From Octopus sinensis (taxonomy: Eukaryota), in assembly GCF_006345805.1 (NCBI RefSeq), contig NC_043010.1, forward strand, positions 31,558,001 through 31,622,000: a stretch of 64,000 nt of DNA, given 5' to 3'. This document shows, one piece after another, positions 1 through 12,635 of this stretch (the stretch's first letter is position 1; every line of letters starts with the position of its first letter). The position numbers and the translations under genes are program-made. Below the pieces are notes generated by a model. It was given only the letters and a program-made list of their open reading frames with translations, made no database searches and had not been told where the DNA came from.

Positions 1-71
1 TTTCTAGATGGTGTAATTTAATTTTTCATTTTGAATTGATAAAAGGTGGTTTTTTTCTAATTTATATATAT

Positions 72-290
72 ATGTACGTGTGTGTATATGTTTGTGTGTC
101 TGTCCCCCCAACATCGCTTGACAACCGATGCTGGTGTGTTTACATCCCCGTAACTTAGCTGTTCGGCAAAAATGAACGATAGAATAAGTACTAGGCTTAT
201 AAAGAATAAGTCCTAGGGTTGATTTGCTCGACTAAAGGTGGTGCTCCAGCATGGCCACAGTCAAATGACTGAAACAAGTTAAAGAGTAGA
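72..290 (+). mobile_element. tRNA-derived SINE, 3' body only (family S1)
   Basis: Reverse complement of the 3' half of the copy at 465-868 (gcttgacaaccgatgctggtgtgtttac...ccagcatggccacagtcaaatgactgaaacaag). Confidence 0.85.
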
Positions 291-464
291 GGTCACTACT
301 TGTTACTTTTGAAGTCTTCTTTGAACAATCAGACGCCAGTTTATCTGGAAAGAAACAATACAGTTATTAATTAGAAGAACTGAAATTAACGCATGCAAGG
401 TTTCACAGCTTTAGCACCACTCATTGTCAGCCTATGAACTTTTCAGCCCACACTCGTATCTCTC

Positions 465-868
465 TCTTTACTCTTTTACTCTTTTATTTGTTTCAGTCAT
501 TTGACTGCGGCCATGCTGGAGCACCGCTTTTAGTCGAGCAAATCGACCCCGGGACTTATTCTTTGTAAGCCCAGTACTTATTCTATCGGTCTCTTTTGCC
601 GAACCGCTAAGTGACGGGGACGTAAACACACCAGCATCGGTTGTCAAGCAATGCTAGGGAGACAGACACACAAACACACACACACATATATATATACATA
701 TATACGATAGGCTTCTTTCAGTTTCCGTCTAACAAATCCACTCACAAGGCATTGGTCGGCCCGGGGCTATAGCAGTAGACATTTGCCCAAGATGCCACGC
801 AGTGGGACTGAACCCGGAACCATGTGGTTGGTTAGCAAGCTACTTACCACACCGCCACTCCTGCGCCT
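465..868 (-). mobile_element. tRNA-derived SINE, full length (family S1)
   Basis: Minus strand starts aggcgcaggagtggcggtgtggtaag with A-box-like TGGCGGTGTGG and B-box-like GGTTCAGTCCC, then an internal (TA)/(TG) linker and the 3' body; related heads at 6935, 38530, 40072 and 63745. Confidence 0.85.
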
Positions 869-1111
869 CTAGTTACAAATGTGTAAATACATGTGCACAC
901 ACACACAAAAAAAGGAAGAAAAACGTACGTCCACACATATACATAATTTTACAGGTCTTTAGACATTTTGAAGGAATATGAAAATATACAGGTAGTAGGG
1001 GTTACGACAAAACGGATAACATGTAATCCCACTCAATTATGTACAATGTGTGAAAGAATGACCAAAGTATCAAATCATGTGAATAATTGGGTAATAAACC
1101 ATTCAAAATGT

Positions 1112-1310
1112 GACCGCGTGTGTACCGTTGGCGATTTTTTTTCCTCCGTCTTCCCTTCTCTGGATCTTTCCTTCTCCTATGTTTCCGACTAAGAGCTCCA
1201 CTCGAAACGTTAAACCCTCCTTTCCTTTTTTCCTGAGCGTCAAATAATACTATATTTGTTCCACGTCCTCGCGTTGTTGTTTTTTTTTGCTTTCTTGTTT
1301 GGATTAACTT
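1112..1310 (+). mobile_element. Short interspersed repeat carrying a hammerhead-like motif (probable Penelope-related non-autonomous element)
   Basis: Same sequence recurs at 10080-10229 (+) and 16489-16690 (-), more divergently at 8235-8430; contains gttt-CCGACTA-a-gag-ctcca-ctc-GAAAC-GTT-aaac at 1181-1215. Confidence 0.65.
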
Positions 1311-1357
1311 TAATAAATCATATATGTGGATACCCCCCACCCTCAAAAAAAAAAAAA

Positions 1358-1525
1358 CCCTATAAATTAGCAGGATATAACAGGACGCTCAGAGGGATTG
1401 GTAGGATTTGGTTGACTATAATATCAAATGGTCGATCGTTCAGCGTGCGAAGCCTTATAGTGGTTACAACAATAATTGCTCGTTATATATTGCAGAAATT
1501 ATGACAATCATGAACTTTTGCCCAA
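1358..1525 (+). pseudogene. Penelope-like element GIY-YIG endonuclease C-terminal fossil
   Basis: From 1411 reads VDYNIKWSIVQRAKPYSGYNNNCSLYIAEIMTI, resembling the PLE C-terminal pattern YxIKWxIxxRAxPYx...CxLCxxE; frameshifted upstream. Confidence 0.55.
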
Positions 1526-2370
1526 TGTTTTACATTGAACAGTGAGATGGCTTTGAGAGACAATATGTGAAAAGAAACATTTTAAAGCTATTAGCTATTG
1601 CTTCAGTCTCACCAGTCACAAATAACCCCGCCTCTTTCCTTTTTTTGGTATCATATCTCGTTTCTCTTGCATTTTTCATCGGACCATTAAGCTATCCTCT
1701 GTAACTGATGGACTGGACGAAATATGAAGGCGGGACTAGAACTTCTGCTATTTAGGGATTTCATTTTACTGAACGTCTTACTATTATTGGTCGTATTTAT
1801 GTTTGCTTGTTAACCACCGTTTTTCAGTACCTACCCCATAGAAATAGGACTAATAACAGCTAGTCTGTGTTGCTGGTTTGATTCTTGCTTGAAGGCATTT
1901 TGTTTTATTCCGTTTCACGTACCTGCAATATGGGAAACGTGGTTACTTCACATGCTAGAATTAGAGATCAAATATCACTTGAATTATGCCCCACAGTCAT
2001 AAAAAATGGTGGTCGTAAAAAAATGTAGTCCTAGATATAATGTATCTGAGTAAAAGATGGGATGATCACAACTTTGAACATCGGCCTGCTGGGACTAAAA
2101 AACGCCAAAAACTGTCCACACACACATACAGACATTCGGAGTTGGGATTACAAGACAATAGTCGGTCAAAGTTAGAACTCTTTTGCATGTCACACTACCC
2201 TCTTTTTATTTCTCCATACAATGGTAACGTTGTACCCATTTCCTTACCACTTACAAGAAAACATATTTGACATCCACTCTAAATGAAGTCAATTGTTGTG
2301 AACATCATTAAGTACTAAAATGAAGTTCACTCTGTAAAGAAGTTACTCGTCTACATAATAAAATCCGGGA

Positions 2371-2838
2371 TGTAACTAAACACTTTCAAACTTCGGATAC
2401 TGGAAGTATGTGTCATATAAAACATCTTTTACTCTTAGCATTTTTGAGAAAAAACATATATACGAAGTTATTTCACGTTAATGTTGTTCTATTTCGGTAA
2501 TTTCAACCAATCAATGACGTGTATTCAGCTGAATAAAATTACTGCTGTTGTATGTCACTTATTTATGGCAACCCTAATCCTAAAACTTTAACCCTAACTC
2601 TAAAACCCTAACCCCCTAACTCTAAAACCTTAAAACCAGTACAAATGCACCGCCGATAGTTGTTGACAAACAACGGCAGTAATTTTATTCAGCTGAATAC
2701 ACGTCATTCATTGATTGAAATTACCGAAATCATGAAATAACTTCGTAAATAGAAATTTTTCACATCAATGCTAAGAGTAAAAGATGCTTTATACGATACA
2801 TTCTAACAGTATACGAAGTTTCAAAGTGTTTAGTTATA
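2371..2838. mobile_element. Foldback/MITE-like element with degenerate (AACCCT)-like core
   Basis: About 185-bp inverted arms (taactaaacactttcaaacttcg...cagctgaataaaattactgc and its reverse complement); central 2560-2660 contains aaccctaatcctaaaactttaaccctaactctaaaaccctaacc. Confidence 0.8.
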
Positions 2839-2872
2839 AAAAATTATACAATTCACTGTAACTTATTTACCT

Positions 2873-3914
2873 TGTAGCGTAGCTAGGTGATATCCTCACT
2901 GTTTGAGAGATATATTAGAAATGATCTCGTGTGTTAGATAGCAACCATCTTCGGCTATTTTGACCCTGTTGTGTCCACTGTACTGATTGGTTGGCATTGG
3001 CGTAGTTTGTCTCTTGACTTATTTCGCGCCAGTGTGTAAGCCAACCACTCACGGCCTTCGGATAAGGTCCCATGACAGTCTTTGGGGGTTTCACTGGAGC
3101 TCACCTCAGGTTATAAAAGGTGCCAGCAAATCACGATTTCCCGTCTTAGGTTCCAGTCCTTCTCAGGATTAACCTCTGACCACAGAGCTACTCAACCAGT
3201 TCCAGCGACTCAGCCAGTTCCAGTTCCAGCGGCAGACGACCAGACCAGCCAGCCATGTTCCTGCTCCAGCAGCGCCGACGCCATCATCATCGTCGTCTCC
3301 ATCTCCGTTGCCTTCATCTCCAGCAACACCAATGCGTACACAGCACTCGCTCAGGTTTAGCTTTCTCACTGTTGTGATTTTCACCAAAGTTAACAGCACA
3401 GCACTACCTGCAAGAATTCCTGTATCAAGAGACCTGGCACAGCATTGAAGCCCCAACCGCTACACGACATGTGTTCAACCGGCATTCTGCACATGTGACC
3501 CCAACATCCTGTTACAGGACTACAACTATTGTGTAACCTTACTACGAACTGGTAAATTCATCTCCATCTTGTCTGAAATACCCCGAGAGATTCTTTTCTA
3601 TGCTCTGTATTTTGTTTTGCCCGCATACACCTTGTTTGTACTTCTGTCGCACACACGAACACACAGACGCAAACACTTGTCGCATGCACACAGACACTTC
3701 ACTTTGCTAGCACCCATACTTTATCTTATTGTACACATCTGTAAATAAAGTATTCTCTCTCAAACAATAGAACGGTTGTCGTCCTCATTATTCCTTTTGG
3801 CACTTATTCATTTATATCATGTATTCGGTTTTTTATTTTGTTAGGGCGACCGTGCGGCGTTAAAAAGGAGACATTTCTGTCGCCAACTCCTTACGTACGC
3901 TCGTTTTCCCTACA
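2873..3914 (+). mobile_element. Solo LTR, Ty3/Gypsy-type
   Basis: Begins TGTAG and ends CTACA; flanked by a perfect 4-bp TSD ACCT (2869-2872, 3915-3918); TATAAAA at 3112-3118 and AATAAA at 3744-3749. Confidence 0.85.
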
Positions 3915-4326
3915 ACCTCTGTTTATGTATAAGAAAGCTTTAGCTGAAATGTTTCGTTAATATGGAAAAATTTTTATAAAAAAAGATCTGACACTCTTCA
4001 CCTACCACAACTATTACTAACACACACATATTAAAAAATGTGAGAGCTTTTATGTAGTTACTTAACGTGAAGCCAAATCTTCTCTAAATCAACCAGAAAG
4101 GCACACTGTAATTATGAAAACTGAATTTTGACTATATAAATTGCAACTATATAAAGTACTAGGTATATTTTGCATTAAATATGTATATACGTAAAAGAAT
4201 AATGAAATATACTTATCTTACTTCGTTTTTGTATTGATTTGCAAGATCTTTGATGTAAATTCGTGTCTTGAAACAAATCTTGTATATTGGGAAGGTCATT
4301 ACGCCAATGATAATGAACACTTATAG

Positions 4327-4525
4327 GGCGTCGAGCTGACAGAATAGTTAGCGCACCGGAAAAAATGCTAAGCAGCATTTCATCCGTCTTTACGTTCTGA
4401 GTTCAAATTCCGCCGAAGTCGACTTTGCCTTTCATTCTTGCTGGGTTAATAAAAATAAGTACCAGTTGAGCACCGGAATCGATGTAATCGATATACTCCA
4501 CCCCCTGAAATTACTGGCCTTGTAA
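4327..4525 (+). mobile_element. tRNA-derived SINE (family S2)
   Basis: Head ggcgtcgagctgacagaatagttagc, B-box-like gagttcaaattcc, core gtcgactttgcctttcat...aataagtaccagttgagc; related copies at 58600-59010. Confidence 0.75.
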
Positions 4526-4879
4526 TTACTGTCCTACTTCTCGTAGGTACTGCGACCGCTCAACGAGGTATCCCCAGATGTGAGCAATAAAGACCTCCTC
4601 AATTGAGTCAATTAATGTAACCGCCTAGACGACCTCACAGGTTTTGTAGTAGGTAATATTGACGTGATATCACTCTTTCTGTCTGGAAATAACCAAAGGA
4701 AAGATTTTAAAATTGTTGATGCTAACACACCTTTCCAGACACTATTGTGGTTTCGTCCTTTCTAATTATGAGCTTCAAAAAAAATTTGGTTTAGTTTGTT
4801 CAATGCCAATCTAACGACTCACTACGAAAATAAACAATAGATGTCTTCAAGATCTTTTCGAGGTAACAAAAAAAAAAAG

Positions 4880-5950
4880 ATCGATCAATTAAACGATGAA
4901 TTGAGGAACTAAATAAACTTTTTGGAAATATGATTGCACCGAGAAGAGTAGATGCAATGGCAGATTAAAAACCAAGTTCTTTATTCCACATAATTTTCGA
5001 ATTCACTCAATGTAAGTGGTATACCTTCTCACATTACCAAAATCAAAATCAAGACAGGAGCTTCAGTAATGCTTCTCTGAAACTTAGGTAGTAGAAGCAG
5101 CCACTGTAGTGATACTCGAAACACGATACTGACAATTTACTGACCATCAGCAAACTTAGCAGTATGAACGCTGGAAGGATACAAAGGATTCCCTGGATTT
5201 CTCTTTAACCGTCTAACATCGACTTGTCAGTCCTTAAAAAAAGAACTGCAATTTCCTATAAGGCCTGCTTTTGTTTTGACGGAAAAGTAAGTCAGCGATA
5301 ATGTTTAAAGAGGAGTAAGTAATATCTTCCGACACAAGTGATCACATACTGGCAATTACCATAAATCCTCGAGTATAGTGCGCCCTTGAGTATAATACGC
5401 AGGGGATTTTTAGGGGGCTGTACCTCTGAAAAACCTAAACCTTGTGTATAATACGCACCCTTTCTCTAACTTAAGTCAAGGAGGTCTATATAACGTCCTT
5501 GGTTTGTAAAACTGTATACGGTAACGTACTTTATTATTATTGTATATATAACATAATGCAAAAGTGTAGCATTTTTGTGAATTTTGTTTGCAGAAAATAA
5601 AGAAATAACAGTAATAACGTTTAATAAATGTTGCTTACTGCAAGTGATGGATGATTCTTTTATGACTTCATTGCTTTCAGGCTTAACTTAAGGTATTTTC
5701 GCGCCCGACATCACAAAATGCGTCTGAATAAACATTGCCGGACAGCAGATAGAGACTCGGACATTGCTTAGAAAATATTTTTCATTTTTAACCTCGTGTA
5801 TAATACGCACGAGGGATTTTGGCCTTTAAATTTTTGGGGTAAAAATGCGGATTATACTCGAGGATTTACGGTATATACCGCAAGTCGCAATCATCAAAGT
5901 GACTGATCCAGCAAACCTGAGAGAATTGTTTATGGAGAGGTCACCTACAT
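4880..5950 (+). pseudogene. Helitron RepHel (PIF1-like helicase) C-terminal fossil, interrupted by a MITE
   Basis: Reads NSLNVSGIPSH..KIKTGASVMLL*NL..HCSDTR, QFPIRPAFVLT..KS, G-QLYTASR across the MITE, and IVYGEV, all matching PIF1/Helitron helicase motifs; stops and frameshifts present. Confidence 0.8.
5359..5871. mobile_element. pogo/Tigger-like (Tc1/mariner superfamily) MITE
   Basis: TIRs ccataaatcctcgagtata / tatactcgaggatttacgg, TA duplication on both sides, internal gtataatacgca repeated three times. Confidence 0.85.
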
Positions 5951-6934
5951 AAACGTAAATATTATAGAATGTAAGCCCTAAGGTTGTAAAGTATAAAAGA
6001 AAATTTTAAAAAAATAAATGCTTTTTGATAAACAATATCAAAAGAATTCACCGAAAAAGACAACCTAATTTTCAAAAATCTAATTAAAATGCACCCAATA
6101 ATATAGCATCATCTATTTTTCTGAAAGTGAAAACTTTGTATTTAAGCGGAATATATTTTATAAAAAAGGATGTATTTTGAATGGAAAAACAATTTAATAT
6201 AAAATTTTGCCTTATTATCGGTAGCAAAGTGACGGATATCGAATGAGTAAGATAAAATAACACATTCTATACCTTTATGTCCTGAGTACTTTATTGTGTC
6301 AGTAGAAGCATTGCTCATATCAATACATGCGAGCGCGCACCTTCCACTCGTACACATATATAGATATACGTAGAAGACAAATTAGAGCTGTATTTGCTGC
6401 GACTCTCTGCGATCTGTGTTCGAATACAGATTTGATGACCTTTCGGAGTCTATAAAACATACTAATCGAGCACTTTGCTTTCGACGAGTCCAAGCTGCAT
6501 CGGTTCAAGTCGGTGGCCTTTCTGTTATATAAACATTGGTGCAGAGGACCTCCGCGGTTGAGGGGCCCCATGTTAAGATCAAAGTATATAGATGAGCCAT
6601 CTGTTTACTTTGGTTAAGATGTTAACAGAAAATTTCAAGCCGGACGAAGAAAAAAATATGAGGGTTTACCGTAAATAAATTTAAAAGAAACGAAAAAAGT
6701 AAATGAAAAAAAAAAGCTTGCCAACGAAATCCCCAAGGAGATAAAAGAAAAACGAAAGAAATCCAAAACAATGAAAATAAAAAAACAATAGAAAAGACAA
6801 GAAAAAGAAGCAATAGTAATGAATGGTGATGTATAGTTATACAAACATACACACACAGGTATACGTACATACATACATACATACATGCACGCACGCTCGC
6901 ACACACACACACACACACCACACACACACACACG

Positions 6935-7020
6935 ACTGGCTTTTTTCTGTTTCCGTCAACCAAATCCATTCACAAGGCTTTGGTCTGCTCGGGTCAATAG
7001 ATAGACGTGTACCAAACGCA
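6935..7020 (-). mobile_element. SINE S1 fragment
   Basis: gactggcttttttctgtttccgtcaaccaaatccattcacaaggctttggtc matches 705-760. Confidence 0.7.
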
Positions 7021-7058
7021 CGCACACACACATCTCTTAGTTCCTCTTTCTCCCTTCA

Positions 7059-7101
<43 letters not shown>

Positions 7102-7163
7102 GATTTAGCATTACTAAATTGAATTTTTCCCTGTAAGTTTGGAATAATATTCTCTAATATTAT

Positions 7164-7236
<73 letters not shown>

Positions 7237-8151
7237 CAAAAATGGGTCAAGAATGCAACACATTCAGACAGACGATACAAAGAAAAAAGGATGGGTCATT
7301 CGAAGTTTTCTTTCCTCAGTCGAGTTCCAGATTATCCTTGCAATTTCGGCTGGTTATACTCGAGATTGCTCGAATCTGGCTAGCTCCAAGGAAAAAACTA
7401 ACCTAAGAGCACTAGATTCCTTGGAATCTGTTTAGAGAAAGCTAACATATAAATACTTACTGTACAAACAGCTTACATTTTTGAAATCACATTCACTTAA
7501 AAATATTTATAAAGGATTAAAATATTGTGTTTAACAAAAGAGAAAATAGAAACATTCTTTCTACTATAATAATACTCTTGTGTTTTTCTCCGTCACAACA
7601 TATGCATGAGAAAGGAAGGGCTGATATATGAATAAGGAAGGAAGTGGTGATGGCAAAATGTGACTGTGTGTGTGAGTGAACATTCAACGCTGAAAAGAAA
7701 AATCAAATAGCAGTTCAACTCTGTGTGAGTATATGTGTGTATGTGTGTGCGTGTACAAAGGAAGTATGTGAATGTTTGTGTGATTATTATGAACTTTATT
7801 TACATATAACATACTACAATTAGCCGTCATTTTTGACGGTACGGGGCCAGCTAGTTTATTGTATAAGACAAATCCTATTTTTTCGTTAACTCACTGTGTC
7901 TAATCGAAAGATAACTGTTTCTTCCCTTTCAGGATAAAGATTATTTTCAGAGACTTTCCCCATTATGCACCATTTTGGGTATTTATACCTCGAAAACGCC
8001 TAATATCTCCACAACACTTATCTGATTTACGCGAAATTTGTCTTATTCCGTTCCTATATACATTTCAGGGAGAACCTAATTCCTAGTATTTTCCCAATAT
8101 GCACCAGTTTAGCTCAGTAACATTGCAAGCCAGCAAGACTCAATCTGACTT

Positions 8152-8202
<51 letters not shown>

Positions 8203-8234
8203 TATATATTTTTATATATATATATATATAAAAC

Positions 8235-8430
8235 GGACTATTGTTTTCCTTCTCTCTAGACTTTTTTGCCCTTCCTCTTTTTGACGAAGAGCCATGCTCG
8301 AAACGTCACATCCCCTCTCTTTTTTTCCATCTTAAACTTTCTCTAAGTGTCAATCACATTCATTGTGTAGTCTTTTTGACTTTTGCTATTTGTCCTGTAG
8401 TTGTTTCATATTTGATTTGTCTATATAATA
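8235..8430 (+). mobile_element. Divergent copy of the hammerhead-like repeat
   Basis: TTGACGA-a-GAGC-cat-GCTC-GAAAC-GTC at 8281-8307 in the same pyrimidine-rich context as 1112-1310. Confidence 0.55.
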
Positions 8431-8464
8431 TGTGTGCGCGCGCGGTTGTTTGTGTGTGTGCATA

Positions 8465-9400
8465 GAAGAAATAGAAGAAGAAGAAGAAGAAGAAGAAGAA
8501 GAAGAAGAAGAAGAAGCAGCTTACTTATAGAGAGAAATAGATAGAAAAGATACATGGACGGACAGATCGACATAAGGAAAAATTGGAGGAGCAAACGTAA
8601 AGTTGTAGAAGTGGTAATTGTGGTTGTATTGTAGCGGTGTCAGTGGTGATAGTCGTAATTGTGGTGGTGGTGGTGGTAGTGGTAGTAGTTGTGGTGGTCG
8701 TGGGAGTGGTAATGGCGTTGTTGTTGTTGGTAGTAGTGATAGTGGTGGTGATCACAGTTGTGATTGTGGTGAGAAAACTAACAATACGTTATTTCAATTG
8801 AAGTATTTATCGTGTTATTTACTTCTCCTTTGTCTCAGCATACAACTTGTATATAAACTCTCCGCACCTTCACATCAGCCCTCCATTTACACCACTACCT
8901 TGCTACGTCCGTCGCCACCACTATCACCATCTCCATCCACAACACATATCCCCCATCACTTTTATACCATGACACCATCACCATTACTACTACTACCACC
9001 ATTACCACCACTATTACTACTTTCACTACCAATACCTCTAACATTAACACCACCACCACCACCACCAAAACACAAATTACCACCAGCCTCTGTCTAGACT
9101 TTTCCCTGGTCCCATTCATGGAACAATGTTTGAACAGCTAATTGGACGTTTCTACAGTGTTGCTCAACTTCCGATGTGGTTAATGTGTGTAGGCCTTAAC
9201 ACACTACCGTACCACCGTACTATACCATACCACACCACACCACAAAACCACACTACTATCACCGACCTCCCCATCACAACCATCCCATCATCACCACCTT
9301 CATCACCATTAACACCATCATATTATCTCACCCCGTAACATAGAACCAACACACCACTATCACCATTATACCATAGGCCACCGTTCCATTCTCATCACCT
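8465..9400. repeat. (GAA)n followed by (GTG/GTA)n and (ACC/CAT)n low-complexity tracts
   Basis: Direct inspection; source of the G/T/P-rich spurious ORFs. Confidence 0.9.
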
Positions 9401-10079
9401 CCCCGTATTTATTCTGTAATTAACGACCATTTTGAAATAAGTCAACACTGTAAATGGAGGAAATTTGTTTTGTCTTTTCTCTGTGATTATTATTGATTTT
9501 TGTCTCCTTTACATATGCACGTATTTATGCATCTGCGTGTGTATTTGCCTGTCTCTTTGTTAGAGCATATATATATATATACATGCACGAGTCCATGTAT
9601 GTATATATGTGCAATTGTGCATCTGTTGTGTATCTGTATATTTTTGTCACTATGCTTTTGTGCGCACGTATGTACTTTTGTGCGTGAGTGTGTGAGTGTG
9701 TGTATGTGTGTGTGTGTGTGTGTGAGTGTGTGTGTGTGTGAGTGTGTGTGTGTGAGTAAGTGCCGCGCGCGCGTGCGTGCGGTTGCGTATAGTATTTTAT
9801 CGTTTTTACTGTAAACTCAAAAATTGTGAATAATTTTCACCACCTCCGTCTTATGTACTTTATCACTCTGGTTTGCTGAGATAGTGGCTTATTGACTCGT
9901 AGAACACACACATACGCACACACACACGTGTGTGAGTACATGTAAAATAACACTATATGAATTCTTGATTTCTGGAAATTATGTCCATTTCCAGAGGTGG
10001 TAGACCAAATCACTTATTACCCTAGTAGAAATAGGCATCGATTTCAAATGAGAATATATATATATATATATATATATAC

Positions 10080-10225
10080 GGATCTTTCCTTCTCCTATGT
10101 TTCCGACGAAGAGCTCCGCTCGAAACGTTAAATCCTCCTTTCCATCTTTTCTGAGCGACCAATAATATTATATTTGTTCCACGTCCTCGCGTTGTTGTGT
10201 TTTTTGTGCTTTCTTGTTTGGATTA

Positions 10226-10229
<4 letters not shown>
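10080..10229 (+). mobile_element. Copy of the hammerhead-like repeat
   Basis: gttt-CCGACGA-a-GAGC-tcc-GCTC-GAAAC-GTT-aaat at 10099-10133; flanked by (TA)n on both sides. Confidence 0.65.
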
Positions 10230-10281
<52 letters not shown>

Positions 10282-10729
10282 ATATATGGTTGTGTGTGTG
10301 TGTGTGTGTGTATACATATATGTATTTGCACACATGTAGGCAAATGGATATGAATGTAAACAGATAGACATACAGACGGATAGGTACATAGATAATATGG
10401 ACAAGCACATATACACACACATACGCATATAAAGACTAAAACATTTGACCATATACACATACACACTTCACTTCACACAAGGACACATATGGAGACACAC
10501 ATCCATACATATAGACACAGTACATAGTCGCAAAAGCCCCTCCAACACACACACACACTCAGACATGCACACATAAGGTGACAGAGGTAGACACACACAT
10601 GCAAAAATACATACAAGCACACACACACGAACATAAACACACAAACACATGAATATGCAGAATACATACAAACGTACACACATACATACATATATACATG
10701 CGCGCACACATACACACACATATATGCAT

Positions 10730-10908
10730 AAATACATACATACATGCATACATACATACATACATACATACATACATACATACATAAATACATACATACA
10801 TACATACATACATACATACATACATACATACATACATACATGCATACATACATACATACATACATACTACATACATACATACACATACATACATACATGC
10901 ATACATAC
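10730..10908 (-). repeat. (GTAT)n tail of RTE-A copy 1
   Basis: Plus-strand (ATAC)n array directly abutting the RTE-A 3' end at 10909. Confidence 0.95.
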
Positions 10909-11515
10909 ATTATGGCTGCCCCCTCGTTATCGAGTATGGCCATTGCACGAAGCTTAACTGTTACTGGTGCTGTGATCAAATGTGACTTTTAGCCCAGTAT
11001 TGTACAAAATTGGCAACTAAACCTTTACTGGTAATAGCCGGCTGTAGTTGTAACTGGACTTCATGTACCTTTGCATGTCGTTTAAGTCCTCCTGCCGAAT
11101 TACACTCTCTTCCACATGCCCGACAGATATGATTAGTATGGTGTGTTACACCACCACCAGTGGCCAGGTTGTCACTCATCTGCCTCGTTTTATGACTACG
11201 AAGATGACTCTTGAGTCCAGCTTTACTGAGGCAGGGTCTTGCACAGACATTGCATGTCAGCATCAAAGGAAGACCCTTCCCTTCTGGATGTGTAACAGCG
11301 ATGCCCTTCCCGACATCCCCCCCTTACTTTCTCATGTGCAACTCAAGATTTCTCAAACGTGGCTGTCCCTCATGCACAATCCTTCTCCACCTGCTACGAT
11401 GAATAGCTATGCCTTCCCATGTGTCAGGAGAGATGCAAGCATCTCTTAAGGAAGCCTTTAGCAAGTCCTTATACCTCTTTTTTGGTTTATGTGGAGGTCG
11501 TTCTCCACATAAACC
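10909..11515 (-). mobile_element. RTE-clade LINE 3' fragment, family RTE-A, copy 1
   Basis: GERPPHKPKKRYKDLLKASLRDACISPDTWEGIAIHRSRWRRIVHEG resembles the C-terminus of the neighbouring RTE ORF; C2H2 fingers CNVCARPCLSKAGLKSHLRSH and CRACGRECNSAGGLKRHAKVH; 3' end gcaatggccatactcgataacgagggggcagccataat + (GTAT)n. Confidence 0.9.
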
Positions 11516-11763
11516 ATACATACATACATACATACATACATACATACATGCATGCATACATACATACATACATACATACATACATGCATGCATACATACA
11601 TACATACATACATACATACATACATACATACATACATACATACATACATACATACATACATACATACATACATACATACATACATACATACATACATGCA
11701 TACATACATAAATACATATATACATACATACATACATACATACATACATACATGCATACATAC

Positions 11764-12369
11764 ATTATGGCTGCCCCCTCGTTATCGAGTATGGCCATTG
11801 CACGAAGCTTAACTGTTACTGGTGCTGTGATCAAATGTGACTTTTAGCCCAGTATTGTACAAAATTGGCAACTAAACCTTTACTGGTAATAGCCGGCTGT
11901 AGTTGTAACTGGACTTCATGTACCTTTGCATGTCGTTTAAGTCCTCCTGCCGAATTACACTCTCTTCCACATGCCCGACAGATATGATTAGTATGGTGTG
12001 TTACACCACCACCAGTGGCCAGGTTGTCACTCATCTGCCTCGTTTTATGACTACGAAGATGACTCTTGAGTCCAGCTTTACTGAGGCAGGGTCTTGCACA
12101 GACATTGCATGTCAGCATCAAAGGAAGACCCTTCCCTTCTGGATGTGTAACAGCGATGCCCTTCCCGACATCCCCCCTTACTTTCTCATGTGCAACTCAA
12201 GATTTCTCAAACGTGGCTGTCCCTCATGCACAATCCTTCTCCACCTGCTACGATGAATAGCTATGCCTTCCCATGTGTCAGGAGAGATGCAAGCATCTCT
12301 TAAGGAAGCCTTTAGCAAGTCCTTATACCTCTTTTTTGGTTTATGTGGAGGTCGTTCTCCACATAAACC
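11764..12369 (-). mobile_element. RTE-A 3' fragment, copy 2 (855-bp period with copy 1)
   Basis: Apparently identical to copy 1 except for one C in a C-run; (ATAC)n on both sides (11516-11763, 12370-12635). Confidence 0.9.
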
Positions 12370-12635
12370 ATACATACATACATACATACATACATACATA
12401 CATGCATGCATACATACATACATACATACATACATACATGCATGCATACATACATACATACATACATGCATACATACATACATACATACATACATACATA
12501 CATACATACATACATACATACATGCATACATACATACATACATGCATACATACATACATACATACATACATACATACATACATACATACATACATACATA
12601 CATACATGCATACGTACGTACATACATACATACAC

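Noticed and set aside
780-868. tRNA genes at SINE heads (also 19380-19466, 40072, 63745)
   Set aside because: A and B boxes are present but continue into SINE bodies with no complete cloverleaf.
2560-2660. Interstitial telomere or chromosome-fusion scar
   Set aside because: Degenerate, single-orientation repeats enclosed by the arms of a foldback element.
10909-12369. RTE-A copies 1 and 2 as independent insertions
   Set aside because: Near identity and a shared derived deletion indicate a very recent tandem duplication or an assembly artefact; long reads are needed.
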